From Phoronis australis (Eukaryota > Animalia > Phoronida): a stretch of DNA of 64,000 nt. Positions 49,990 through 62,859 of the stretch are shown piece after piece. The notes under the pieces were generated by a model. It worked only from the letters and a program-made list of their open reading frames with translations, did no database searches and had not been told where the DNA came from. Within the stretch, counting starts at the first letter, position 1. Each line of letters starts with the position of its first letter. The position numbers and the translations under genes were made by a program. Location of the stretch: assembly GCA_002633005.1 (NCBI GenBank), contig NMRA01000397.1:333176-397175 (forward strand), in the 5' to 3' direction.

Positions 49990-52900
49990 GAGCAAATTAA
50001 TCTACCTGAGTCTACTATCTTTGACGGTGATCCGTTAAAATAGTCACTAATTGATAATAGGCCCATTCCAAAAACAGAGAGAATTTATTATTTGGGAAAA
50101 TATTTGTCTGGTCCTGCAAAAAAGGCGGTCGACAGTTATTTATTTTTGCCACCCCACCTAGCCTATGCAGAGGTAAGAACCTCTTAGAAGAACGCTACGG
50201 CGACCTCTTTGTAATTGCAAACGCTTCTAGGGATAAACTAGACTCCTGGAATAAAATTTCAGCGCGCGACGGCCATGCTCTCCTCGAGTTTTCTGATTTT
50301 TTGAAACAATGCGAGTCAGCCATGCATGCTGTAGGCAATCTAGATATATGAAATGATTGTCGTGAGAACAGAACACTGCTCATGAAACCATCAGACCACC
50401 TTGTGGCCCGTTGGGGCAGAATTGTTGATGACTGGCGTGAAAGCGGTAGAAGCTTTCCACCTTTTTCCGAGTTTCAAAGATTTATTGCCAAAGAGGCAAA
50501 TACAGCTTGTCACCCGTTTGCATCATTGCAATCTGTTAAATCTTCGAGTTCTCAATCAGATAACAGATTTTCGAAGGGTTTGAGACAACAGAGTGCCAGT
50601 TCATTTAAAACGAACGCACAAAGACTGCCTTAAGTCAATTCTGCAAAATGCTTTTTCTGTGATCAAGCTCACATTTTGGGCGAGTGCCCCAAGTTTCAGG
50701 CTCAGACGCTAGAAAAGCGTAAAGCATAGGTAAAAGACACACAGCTTTGCTTCGGATGTTTGCGCAAGGGCCACCGTTCAAAACAGTGTAGAGCCCGACT
50801 GACTTGTAAGACTTGTCAAAAATCTCATCCAACATCCCTTCATGGTGACGTCAAACAGTCTAAAGCTGCAGACGATTGTAAAACTTTCGATGGCAATGCT
50901 CTTTGCGATATTGTCCATCTTATTGGCGCTAAAAACGTTAGTGCAAGTTCTTTGATTCTTCCTGTTTGGGTTTCGCAGAGTAATGTTACTGATAAGGAGG
51001 TGCTTGTTTATGCGCTATTAGCCACCCAATCAGATACTTGTTTCGTTTCTCATGATACCTGTAATGCGCTTGATGTACAGGGTACTCAATCTAGATTGTG
51101 ATTGTCTACCATGACTGCAAATAACTTGAAAATTAATACCAAACGTATTAATGGACTTGTCGTAAGTGGGTTTAACCATTCTCAGAAAATCACCTTGCTC
51201 ACTTGTTTTTCAAGGGAATTAATTCCTGCAAACAGGTCTCATATTCCGAGCCCCGAAATGGCTAAAAAGGGGCCACACTTGTGTGTCATTGCCACCTCGT
51301 GATTGCGACATTGGACTATTGATCGGATACAATTACCCAAATGCGTTAATGCCCAAAAGGTTTATTGCCTCCCCTAACGATGGTGGTCCGTATGGCCAAG
51401 AGACCTCTCTGGGATGGGAATTGTTGGTTTAGTTAACTCTAAACAAGTAGATGACTCAGAAATTGACTGTGACCCGATTGGCACAAGCCATCAAATTCTT
51501 TCTTGTGTTGCTCCCGTTTGTTCTTTCCTGAGCACAGGCGATTCTCACAAACCGATTGACATCAGTAATAGTGTTAAAATTTGTGTTAAGACGAGCGTAA
51601 AGGAAATACCTACGGATGATATTATTAAAACGCTTGAGCTAGATTTTTGCGAGAGGTCTACCATTGATTCAGTCTCTCAAGAGGACTTGAGATTTTTGAA
51701 TATCTTAGAACATGGTGTTCACCAGAGGTCAGATGGACACTACGAAATGCCACTGCCATTTAGGGTCACTGAACCTTCACTTCGTGATAACAGACAATTG
51801 GCACTCCGACGTCTGAAATCATTGGAAAGACATCTAAAGCCTGATTCCAAGTATAAGCAACAGTACGTTGATTTCATGAATAACCTTTTTGATAAGGGAT
51901 TTGCAGAAAAGGTTCCGATTACTGAGCTTGAGCTGGAAAACGGTTCCGTTAACTACATACCCCATCATGGCGTTTTTCATGCCAAGAAGCCTAATAAATT
52001 GAGAGTAGTTTTTGATTGCAGCGCCAAGTTTCGAGAAATATCTCTCAATGATCATTTATTACCTGGACCTAATCTTACAGATACCTTAATTGGTGTTCTC
52101 TTTCGCTTTAGACAAGACAGGGTAGCCCTTATATGCGATATTGTAGCAATGTTTCATCAGTTCCACGTAGACGAGAAACATAGAAACTTCCTTAGGTTTT
52201 TGTGGGGGGAGGATGGTAATATAGATTTTAAACCCTCTGAGTATCGTATGACAGTGCATCTGTTCGGGGCCATCTCTTCTCCAGGATGTGCGAATTTTGG
52301 GCTCAAACTTAATGCCTCCAAATATGAAGAACAGCTTCTTATTTAATTTGAACTTTTCTTATCTAGTAAAAATTTGCTTTTCAAGGCCAAAAATGGAGAC
52401 ACCCACATAAATATATGTGTTTCTACCTAAAATATGATTATAGGTGGGTACACCTGTCAGTAAATGTTGATCAGCGAAGTCTCTCTTTGTAACTGGGCAC
52501 ACCAAATTCGGGATGGGTCTGTCTATAAACTGGACCCGCCGTGACGGGTCCAGTTATGTCTTTATAGACAGACCCATCACTGTGGGTCTATCTATATAAA
52601 TATAACTGGACCCGCCGTGACGGGTCCAGTTATATTTATATAGNNNNNNNNNNNNNNNNNNNNNNNNNNNNNNNNNNNNNNNNNNNNNNNNNNNNNNNNN
52701 NNNNNNNNNNNNNNNNNNNNNNNNNNNNNNNNNNNNNNNNNNNNNNNNNNNNNNNNNNNNNNNNNNNNNNNNNNNNNNNNNNNNNNNNNNNNNNNNNNNN
52801 NNNNNNNNNNNNNNNNNNNNNNNNNNNNNNNNNNNNNNNNNNNNNNNNNNNNNNNNNNNNNNNNNNNNNNNNNNNNNNNNNNNNNNNNNNNNNNNNNNNN

Positions 52901-54118
52901 NNNNNNNNNNNNNNNNNNNNNNNNNNNNNNNNNNNNNNNNNNNNNNNNNNNNNNNNNNNNNNNNNNNNNNNNNNNNNNNNNNNNNNNNNNNNNNNNNNNN
53001 NNNNNNNNNNNNNNNNNNNNNNNNNNNNNNNNNNNNNNNNNNNNNNNNNNNNNNNNNNNNNNNNNNNNNNNNNNNNNNNNNNNNNNNNNNNNNNNNNNNN
53101 NNNNNNNNNNNNNNNNNNNNNNNNNNNNNNNNNNNNNNNNNNNNNNNNNNNNNNNNNNNNNNNNNNNNNNNNNNNNNNNNNNNNNNNNNNNNNNNNNNNN
53201 NNNNNNNNNNNNNNNNNNNNNNNNNNNNNNNNNNNNNNNNNNNNNNNNNCGGGTCCAGTTATATTTATATAGACAGACCCATCACTGCGGGTCACGCTAT
53301 TTAAATATAACCGGACCCGTCACGGTGGGTACAGTTATATTTATATAGACAGACCCATCACTGCGGGTCACGCTATATAAATATAACCGGACCCGTCACG
53401 TCGGGTCCAGTTATTAGATAGACCCATCCCGAATTTGGTGTACCCAGTTACAAAGAGAGACTTCGCTGATCAACATTTACTGACAGGTGTACCCACCTAT
53501 AATCATATTTTAGGTAGAAACACATATATTTGTGTGGGTGTCTCCATTTTTGGCCTTGAAAAACAAATTTTTACTAGATAAGAAAAGTTCAAATTAAATA
53601 AGAAGCTGTTGAATGTGAATTTGGTCACGACGCCGCTAAATTTGTTCACAGAAATTTTTATGTGGACGACGGACTTGTATCAGTGCCGACTGACAAGGAA
53701 GCGGTTACTTTGATTGAAAACACCAAGGCACTATGCGCTAAAGGTGGATTAAGATTGCACAAGTTTATGTCCAACTCTAAAACAGTGATGGAGTCACTTG
53801 ATCCTAATGATCACTCACGTCAGCTAAATGATGTGAATCTCTTGTACGATAATCTTCCACTGGAAAGAGCACTCGGCGTGCATTGGTGTGTTAAATCGGA
53901 CACTTGACAATTTAGAATTACTCTGCAGACGAGGTATTTTAGCCACGGTACCTTCTGTGCTTGACCCATTAGGTTTACTTGCTCCTGTCGTTTTACGAGG
54001 GAAGCAAATCTTGCAACAACTCTGTAGTCATCATGTAGACTGGGATTGTTCCCTTCCAGATGGTTTGAGGGCCCAGTGGGAACTATGGAGAAATAGTCTT
54101 CAAGAGTTAGAGTTTGAA
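49990..54118 (+). mobile_element. BEL/Pao LTR retrotransposon gag-pol pseudogene, truncated at the start of RNase H
   Basis: NLPESTIFDGDPL; zinc knuckle CFGCLRKGHRSKQC; protease YALLATQSDT; RT YIPHHGVFHAKKPNKLRVVFDCSA, HLFGAISSPGCANF, NFYVDDGL; RRGILATVPSVLDPLG. No LTRs seen. Confidence 0.9.
52330..53610. mobile_element. Foldback-type element with >200-bp terminal inverted repeats and internal ~76-bp palindromic tandem units, inserted in the BEL RT (contains an N gap)
   Basis: aacagcttcttatttaatttgaacttttc...ccaaattcgggatgggtct is mirrored at ~53415-53610. The RT frame stops at ASKYE and resumes at CEFGHDAAKF. A third end copy lies at 54575-54650. Confidence 0.85.
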
Positions 54119-54570
54119 ATTTTTTTTTAATATTTATTACGAAATCTTCAAAATACAATGAATATACATAACCAGAAAGAGGCATTAGATCTGGGTAAAA
54201 AATACAAAGAAGTCTATATACAATGATTATATACGAATACATAAATAAAAAAAATCTGATGTTAAGAATACAATGATATATGACAACGAATGAAAATAAT
54301 TCATTTTCATACAGATGTATAAAATTCTATCCACTCACACTAAGAGATTTAATGTTATAAAGAAATTCTGATACTATTTCAAATAAAACCTTATTTTCGT
54401 TTGAGTTCAAGTTTAAGTTCTTGACATCCATATAGAAAGAAATTAATTTTGTTGTACAATTGCGGAATTTCAGAGTATTTTTTATAAACATTGGTGTATT
54501 GTTCGAGTGCCTGGAAGAGCTGTACCCTCTCCTCCTTGCATACCTCACAAGCAAAGAAAACATGAGGATA
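54119..54570 (-). mobile_element. 3' end of a LINE (CR1/L2-like C-terminus) with poly(A) tail, truncating the BEL element
   Basis: A poly-T run at 54120-54128 on + coincides with the abrupt end of the BEL ORF. Minus-strand peptide NLNSNENKVLFEIVSEFL resembles a LINE ORF2 C-terminus. Confidence 0.4.
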
Positions 54571-55794
54571 TGNTGGGTGTCTCCATTTTTGGCCTTGAAA
54601 AGCAAATTTTTACTAGATAAGAAAAGTTCAAATTAAATAAGAAGCTGTTGAGAACGTAATATCAGATTATTGCCCTCACGACAGCAATGCAAACAGTGTG
54701 CTTCTAGTGGTGTTGTTTTAATATCATGAAATTAGTCATTAGATAGTGCAAAATACGCCGAATCCATTAGTTATTGGAAATGTGATGTCATCTTTACAAC
54801 AAAAACGTGTATGACAAATTTCCTGAAAGAACATCAAAGAGCTCTAAAGGTATAATAGAGATAAAGGGAGAAAATAAGTTTGCAACTAGAACGCACATTG
54901 GTATTCAGAGTCAACCAAACTCCTGGGCAACCATTGTCACATATATAGGAAAACATGCACCTGCTAAAGTTCACAACCATCTTGGCAACTTGCAAAGGTC
55001 AAGGTTTAAAAATAAAAAAATCACCAACGGGCTACACCACAGCTGTCAGACCCAAGAGAAAATCAACGTCTGCCATGGTCTTCCCATCGGAAACACAACT
55101 AACTACAACTCGAGAGCACTTTGACAGTTAAAGAGGCTGATACCGAAATAATAAGAATGACCACTAGGTGGTGCAGAATACATCGAATACATCAAAAATT
55201 GGAAAGGCGTAGTTTGTTGTTTTCTTAAAAGAAGCATATTTTGACAAATTTCACAAAAATCCATCTTCGAACTCCTAAGATACGGATGAAAACGTAAAAA
55301 ATAAAAGTGTCAATAGGGGTAAACAGTTGTCGTCATGTGTAACCATCTCCATAGGAAAATGTTTGCCAATTTGACAAAGATCCTCCAAAGAGTTATGGAG
55401 ATACAGCAGTGGACATAAAACATTGCTAAGTTTATAATAGATTTAGTAATTACCAATTAGTGACTGGTCCATAAAAATTCTTACTACATTTGACTCAAAG
55501 ATGTGCCCATGTGTTACTTGGAAATATTTGTTTAGTATGCTGTTATTATCTTAAAAGTTAAGATGTCTTCAAGTCCGCGATGCAAAACTTCGCAATTTTC
55601 ACAGTAATTAAATATGGCTGTGAAGTCAGAAAACAATAAGAGACATATTTAATTCATTCAAATTCATTAAATTCAATGCATTTTCTACCTAAACATTTGT
55701 TTTGTACTTTTTTTAGATGAACAAGGTACCAACATCTGACCATAGGAACACTTACAGTAGAGTCCATTAAATCAGTTTTGGCCACAATAACATC

Positions 55795-55955
55795 AAAAAC
55801 CGGACAATCGCCGCACAAATAAAAAAGTTCATGTTCAATTCAACGTTTCGTCTTTTCATATTTATGTAAATATGATCCTGATGATGTCTTATGAAAAGAC
55901 GAAACGTTGAATTGAACATGAACTTTTTTATTTGTGCGGCGATTGTCCGGTTTTT
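55795..55955. repeat. Perfect 66-bp inverted repeat with 29-bp spacer, probably an inverted Penelope pLTR fragment
   Basis: Arms 55795-55860 and 55890-55955 are exact reverse complements and overlap a hammerhead-like core. Confidence 0.85.
55872..55915 (+). ncRNA. Minimal hammerhead ribozyme-like motif (Penelope type), possibly degenerate
   Basis: CTGATGA-t-GTCTT-atga-AAGAC-GAAA-CGTT: core boxes, 5-bp stem II and palindromic ACGT stem III. Stem I pairing is weak. Confidence 0.55.
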
Positions 55956-55972
55956 CAACTTAGAGTCCACCT

Positions 55973-58586
55973 TAGTATATACGGAAATGGACGTCTGCTG
56001 TTGTCTGCAACTCCTGGGGACCTTACAATGGGCCCAATCATGAACTAGCCTAGATATTCGAGGTACCGGCCAAAACAGATTTAAAACGAAAAATAGTAAC
56101 CCATCGAACACCGAATGACCCATGGCAGACAAATTGCACTCTGGAATGGCTCCGGCACAGCCAAAGAGGGCCCCCAAAAATGAGCTAGCTCATACATCCG
56201 AGGTAGCACAAAAACAATCCCATGTGATTCAATACATGTCACTGATAACAAATGCCCATGTAAGATAAAATGCACTCTGCGTTGTGCACGCCAGAAACCC
56301 CCAAAAATGTGAACCACGGTATGACATTGGAAATTTGAGCTAGATTAGATATTCGAGGTACCAACCAAAACTGATGTAAAACGAACAATAGTACCGCAAT
56401 GAACACCGGATGACCCTTGACATACTTATTGCACTATGTAATGGGTCAGCCAGAAACCAGAAAAGGGAACCTCAAAAATGAGCTGGCTCTGCGTACAATC
56501 GAGGGGCCACATAAAACCAATTCCATGTGATTCAATTCATGTCACTGATTACTAAATGTCCCATGACAGGCAAAATTCGCTCTGGGTTGCGCCTACCAGA
56601 GACCCCCCCAAAAAAAAATGTCAACGATGCACTGTACAAATTGCACCCTGAAAAGAGTCCACCAGAAACTCAAAAGGGACGCCCAAAATGAGCTAGCTCA
56701 TATATTCGAAGTACCACAATAAACAATTCCGTGTGATTCAAATAGAAGTTACTTGTTACTAAATGCCCTGTGACAGACAAAAACTTATTCTGGGTTGTGC
56801 GCGCAAGCAGCAGAAATCTCAACCATGCGTGATATATTAATTAGACAATGATTATCCCGGATAAATCTTGGTAGAGCTTTGTAGATCAAGAATTTCGATA
56901 AACAAGGTGTGATCACGTGCTTAGTGTGCAGTTCATGGCGAATTCTTGTATTTCCGGAATACTTTTACGTGTACTGAACTCTCTACTTGCTTAAAATGAA
57001 TAATGAGTGCCAAATGGATGGTGTCGGAAAGTAAGCATTTTGGAAAATAACACTAAAACTTTGGGGTACCAGGAATTTTCAAAAAACCAACCCATTGAGT
57101 GATAGACTGCAGCTAGTATAGTATAGTATAATGAGCTATCAAAACTGACCCTAAATTTACGTTGAATTGAGGAACCTTGAAAATGATTCTCAAAAAGTCC
57201 TTTCATTACGTTGACAACTAAACAAATGCTTTTGAAGAAAAGCAAGAGACTGTTTTTAAAAATCGTTTTTAATCAAAATAATCTAGAAATAATCATCGCA
57301 ACGCTTTCAAATAGCCACACAATAATTACAATGACATCAGTGTCAGAAGCCCTGATCAATGCATTGCAATTTGAGTCAGCTAAGTGGAAGGTAAGAAGCT
57401 TGTCGACCTCTTCATATGAACCTTGAGAATCTGGTGGATGATCAGATGCCGTAGTACCACTGTAAGAAAGGCGAATACAGTTTGTCATCACGTCAGACAG
57501 CAAGTGTTTTCTCCCCAAGAAATGGTCCATATAGGTCTTTCTGCCATTCTTGTCAGAGGAAGGTTTCCAATTGCCCTTAAAATGTTCCTTTCTGCATACC
57601 AGGAGTTTTCCAACAAGACATTTTTGGGTGTTAAATTCATTTTACGTTGTTTTACGGAAAGAAGTTAATTTGTCCTAAATAAAAAGTTTAGGCCCTAAAA
57701 ACAGGTTTGCTTAAGTAACTTTCTTATTTTGTAGTATTTTCCTACACCTACTGTTATCTGTCATACTTGACTACACCTGTGAACTAAAATTTAAAAAAAT
57801 AGAAGTTTACCTTGTAAAAGAACCCAATCCAGCACTTCGTGTTACTGACAGCATACTGTGTATTTTTCAATTGGCAGGCAGAATGCCCCAGTTTTTGATT
57901 TTTTCACCATGCCGACACACCATCTAAATGTCTCGCTTTTTGATGTACGGCTGAATTAAGATAATATCACATACAATTGTAATTTCCCTTGCAACATACA
58001 GGTAGCTATATTTTCCCGCTCGACTAAAATGGAAAAAACAAGAACTTTTCTATACTTCGTTATGCTACAGCAGCTGCGGTCTTAATCATCACGCAATGTG
58101 TTGTTTTAGTTTGATAGTTCCTAGTATCCAAGGCAGTCAGTGTGACGCAATTATTAATGTTAAGCAAGGAGAGAGTTCACGTTTAGCTACATGTAGTACC
58201 TCGAATATTTAATCTAGCTCAAATTTTCAATGGCATGCAGCGGTTGAAATTTTGGGGGATTCTGGCGGGCACAACCCAGAGTGTGTTTTGACTGTCATGG
58301 GGCCTTTAGTGATCAGTGACATGTATTAAATCACATGGAATTGTTTTTTGTGGTACCTTGAATGTATGAGCTAGCTCATTTTTGGGGGGTCCTTTTTGGT
58401 TTCTGCTGGACCCATTCCAGAATGCAATGTGTCTGTCATGGGTCATTCGGAGTTTGGCAGGGCGGTACTATTGTTCTGGTACCTCGAATATCTAGAGTAG
58501 CTCATTTTTTGACCCCCTGGTAAGGTCCCCAGGGGCTGCACCCAGAGTGCACTGACAACGGCAGACGTCCATTTCCGTTTATACTG
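55973..58586 (-). mobile_element. Non-autonomous Academ-like DNA transposon with TIRs, subterminal repeats and an XPG/PIN-like transposase remnant
   Basis: tagtatatacggaaatggacgtctgc ... gcagacgtccatttccgtttatactg. Inverted ~200-300-bp subterminal units (gatattcgaggtacc, aaaatgagctagctca). Internal SYEEVDKLLTFH..IRASDTDVIVII matches the HEEAD..DTDV pattern. No clear TSD. Confidence 0.6.
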
Positions 58587-58885
58587 TCAGGTGGGCTGAC
58601 TGCTCCTGTATTCAAATGTTGGTACCTCATCTACAGTGAATGCTGCATGTAAGTGCTCCGGGCTACAGGTCCTCCGGCAATATTGTTCTTGATGTTGCTA
58701 GTGGTATGGTCAGTGTGGTCGATAGCGTCAACGGCAATGTTGCGGCGTCGTGATTGTTTTGGTCTAATTGGGGTCAATGCATATGTCATAATACCTCAGT
58801 TTCTGCTTCAGTCTAATTCATCAAGTGTCGCTCTGGCAAAACGATTTCCCTGCACTTCGTGATGGGAGAAAATGCGCTGCCTTAC

Positions 58886-59177
58886 CTGGAGTGTTTTTCA
58901 GCGCGTTTAATAAATAGGAACCATCCTTTTCCAAGGCTTCCAATAATGCATCATAAGCAGGTTGTCCTCGTTTCTGTATAATAGCTAGTAGATCAGTATT
59001 GATTTCCTCTGGACGTTTTATGCCCTTCGTTATGTCCCAACGAAAACCGATGTATTCGTAATTTGTCAATATCTTGCTGGGGCTGATATTCAAGTAAGTG
59101 AGGACAACTTCCGGAATCATATCATTCTGCAAGTCCACATAATTATACTGCAGCCTCCATTTCCACTCATTGGACAT
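58886..59177 (-). CDS. CARD (death-fold) domain exon
   Basis: Acceptor tttctcttttcag before ATG 59177 and phase-1 donor CCAG|GTAAG at 58885. LQYNYVDLQNDM..VLTYL..IL..LLAIIQKRGQPAYDALLEAL fits the CARD pattern. Confidence 0.7.
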
Positions 59178-59859
59178 GTTTTGCCTGAAAAGAGAAACAA
59201 ACTATTATTAATCTTTTTGCGTTTTTCAAAAACGGCATTGTATATGCCAATTTGGGAAATTTTGTGATCAGTAAAGTCCAGGGTCACAATTAATACCCTG
59301 ATAAAGGGACACCAAACCAAAATAGATGTACATATATTATATTCATATTGCAACTGAAAACACACACACAAGCGCACACACGAACACACACACACGCACA
59401 CTCACACCTACACACAAATGGGTAGTAAAAGGCAAAAGAAGATAAGAACCATTTTGATGTCGTGATTGACAGTAAATTCCACCTAGATTCTTTTCCATTT
59501 TATTCCAGTTGAAAGTCTTTCGTCATAATGCGTCTTAACGGCTGCAAGCTCATCACAAGCTTTTGATGGCATTAAAATGTCTCATTATGTAGAATGACCA
59601 AACATGTTGACCTAATGTTCGCTTGCAGTGCACTAACCAACATGAATCTATACAACTTGATCAGTGCTATTACAATTCATTAGTTCCAGTGAGTCGTGAA
59701 AGTTTTGCAAATCATTACTCTATGCCTTTAATTACGCCACAATTAATTACTTTACGCTGTTACCTTACGCCACAAATAACTACTTAACGTCGCAAAAATT
59801 ACTTTACTCCGCAAATATATAATTTACGCCTCTAAGAAGAATTAACCTAGGCACGTAAA

Positions 59860-61300
59860 GTACTTTTCACGGACTTTGCAGTTAGTTCTACTAAAAGGGC
59901 TTGTAATGCACTGGATAAGGTCAATTAGTGCAAAGGTCACCTACAATTGAAAAGGTTATTTCTCTTATATTTTTCAAGGAATTCTCTTCAATTCCAGCAC
60001 ATTGGTGTAAACCTACATGCCAGTGAAATACCCTACTTTACTAAGCAATAGGGCCACCCAATCAGAGAAAATAGGTGAAAGGTCATTGAGTGCAAACTAA
60101 AATTTTGATCTAGACACTTCAAATTCACAAGTCTGATTGGCACAGGTAATTTAATTTGAAATCCAAAGTTTCAGGTCATTTAGTGCAAACATGGGTCATT
60201 AGGTACATTTTTCTTCAGAAAATTTGTCCTTTTCATTCACCAAGTATTCTGATGTGTCAACCGTTAGACAACTCTGATTCTCAGCAATAAATATACTTTT
60301 CACGGACTTTTGAGTTAATTCTATTAAAAGGGCTTGTAATGCACAGGATAGGGTCAATTAGTGCAAAGGTCACCTACAAGTGAAAAGGTTATTTCTCCTA
60401 AATTTTTAAAGGAATTCTCAATTCCAGCACATTGGTGTAAACTTACATGCCAGTGAAATACCCTACTTTACTAAGCAATAGGGCCACCCAATCAGAGAAA
60501 ATAAGTCAAAGGTCATTGAGTGCAAACTAAAATTTTGAGCTAGACACTTCAAATTCACAAGTCTGATTGGTACGTCTAATTCAATTCGAAATACAGTTTC
60601 AGGTCATTTAGGTGCATTTTTCTTCTGAAAATTTGTCCTTTTCATTCACCAAGAATTCTGATGTGTCATTCTTTGATTCTCAGCATTAAACACATTTTTC
60701 ATAGGCTTTGCAATAATTCTCCTCAAGACGCTTATAATGCACCGGATAGGGTCAGTTAGTGCAAAGGTCAACTAACGTTCAAAATGTTATATCCCCCCAT
60801 TTTTCAAGGAATTCTTTTCAAGTTCAGCACACTGGTGTAAGTCACCATGCCAATCGAACACCCTATTTTACTACACAATATGCCTAACCAATTAGAAAAA
60901 TAGGGCGAAGGTCATTGGGTGCAAACTAAAATTTTGAGCTAGAGACTTCAAAATTACATAATCTGTTTAGCAAATGCGATTGAGTTTGAATTCTAAATTA
61001 TCAGGTCCTTTGGTGCACTCATGGGGTCATTAGGTGCATTTTTCTTCGCAAAGTTTGACCAATTCATTCATGTTTTATTCTAAAGTGCTTAAAGTAAATA
61101 TTCTTTGCATTAACCACACTTTTAATCGAGTTTGCAATTATTCCCTCATCGGTGCTCCTAATGCACTGAAAGAGGTCAATTAGTGGAAAGGTCATTGAAA
61201 TATTATCATGTAATTTCTCCTACAACTTTAAAGAATTCCTTTTCATTTTGGTAAACGGGTTGCTGTCAGTAACTTCTCATAACAATTCCTTTAATACACA
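59860..61300. repeat. ~400-435-bp tandem repeat, about 3.5 progressively diverging copies
   Basis: Units start near 59861, 60294, 60691 and 61113, sharing aggtcaattagtgcaaaggtca and aaggtcattgagtgcaaactaaaattttgagctaga. Motifs are related to the 38-40 kb repeat. Confidence 0.8.
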
Positions 61301-61642
61301 CGCGCAGAATACATTATTGTCACGCCGTGACAACAATCTTTCTAGTTCTTCTTATTCTTCTTCCGCCCAACTTTGAAGCTTAATAACTTCAAATTGGGTG
61401 CAGGTACGGTCTTTAAATTCAGCATATGACTTTTGGCAGTATATAAATTTTGATCTGTTATATAATCATATTCCATTTTGCACCGGAAGAGGTCGTTTGG
61501 TGCAAAGGTCATATAATTTTCAAAATGCTACTCCTTCAGTTTTAAAGCTCTTTTTCAAAATTACACATTTGCTTACCTGTTACAAAGAAGGGGCGACAAG
61601 ACGTCAGACTGCATAGAAGCCTGACAACTATTGAGGCAGATA

Positions 61643-62784
61643 GTGGAGAGTGGGGTAAAACGGCACCCTTAGCTTTTAAGATCCATTACCCAAAAAGTAT
61701 ACAATGTATGTACAATGAATTAATCATGTTCGAAGACCTTACCTTGTTGTTTACAAAAAACATAATTAGTATAATTAAAATTTCACGGTCTTTGCCCAAG
61801 ACAGATTTGACTTTTTAAGGGGTGCTGGGCTGTTTTACCCTAACTTGCGGTTAAGACGGTCACTGCAGTTGGGTAAAACGGTACTGCTACTACTAACACA
61901 GATAAAATGTAATCATCGATTTATACAACAAAATTTCATAACAAGTCTTTTTCTTCTTTATACATTATACAATATGCGTTCTTAGCTTTTAAAAATTTCA
62001 CATGACGGAACTGGCAGTTTACATTTAATGTAGTAACTAACAATAAATTTTCCACCACGAGCAGTCGCTAGAGGCAGAGGTCACAGACGTAATATTCTTC
62101 TTCGCTATAATCTATCCCAGCACATTAGTAATGGGCCCATTCTGGTCTTTAAATCTACGCTTCAGAGTAGTTCTCGGTACTCCAAAGTGCCTTGCAGCAG
62201 TTTTACAGCCCATCTCTCTCCTTCTCATCGCGGCTATTGCCTTCTCCATGTCCTCCCTTTCCCACGCATTTCTTTAAGACGTTCTTATATATTTCCGCGA
62301 CATTATCTACAAAACAAAACATTAAAAATTATTTCTGCTATCTATTAAATATGTATGGGGTAAAACAGTCACCCTGTCCGTCTTATCCCACTGCCCAGCT
62401 GTCCGTCTTACCCGTTAATGATATCACCACAATCAAGCATGCACCGAGAAAACTAGTTAAGGTCATTTTAAGTTTTGTTGTCATTTTCTCATTCACAAGG
62501 CATTACTGTTAAGCTTAATCACACAATCAAGTTTATTTCGTACATTACATTTTCTAAATATGTTACGAAAGGGTGGTACTCACCTAACTTCGAGGGGCAT
62601 CAAATATTTCTTCCGACAACTTATGTCGTCTGCAGTTCTGCTAGATTCGCGTCAATATGTGGTTACGACCCTTATCAGTCGAGCAATAAAACGGCGTATT
62701 GGCCACCTGGCGCCAGCCTTGTTAAGCTAGAAAACTGAAGAAGTGGCCGTCTTACTCGTTGGGTCGTTTTACCCCACTCTCCCC
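61643..62784 (-). mobile_element. Internally deleted pogo-like (Tc1/mariner superfamily) transposon
   Basis: TIRs ta|gtggagagtggggtaaaacg ... cgttttaccccactctcccc. Minus-strand HTH_psq (WEREDMEKAIAAMRRREMGCKTAARHFGVPRTTLKRR) is joined directly to a PHD tail (WAHY*CAG..YVCDLC); the DDE domain is missing. Confidence 0.75.
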
Positions 62785-62859
62785 AAACATCACTGTAAGT
62801 ACACACATCGACATTTCAAGACTTCCAGGAAAGGCTGGATGGCAACTGGGGAAGACCAG

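Noticed and set aside
52636-53295. 219-aa ORF
   Set aside because: It consists almost entirely of the N gap.
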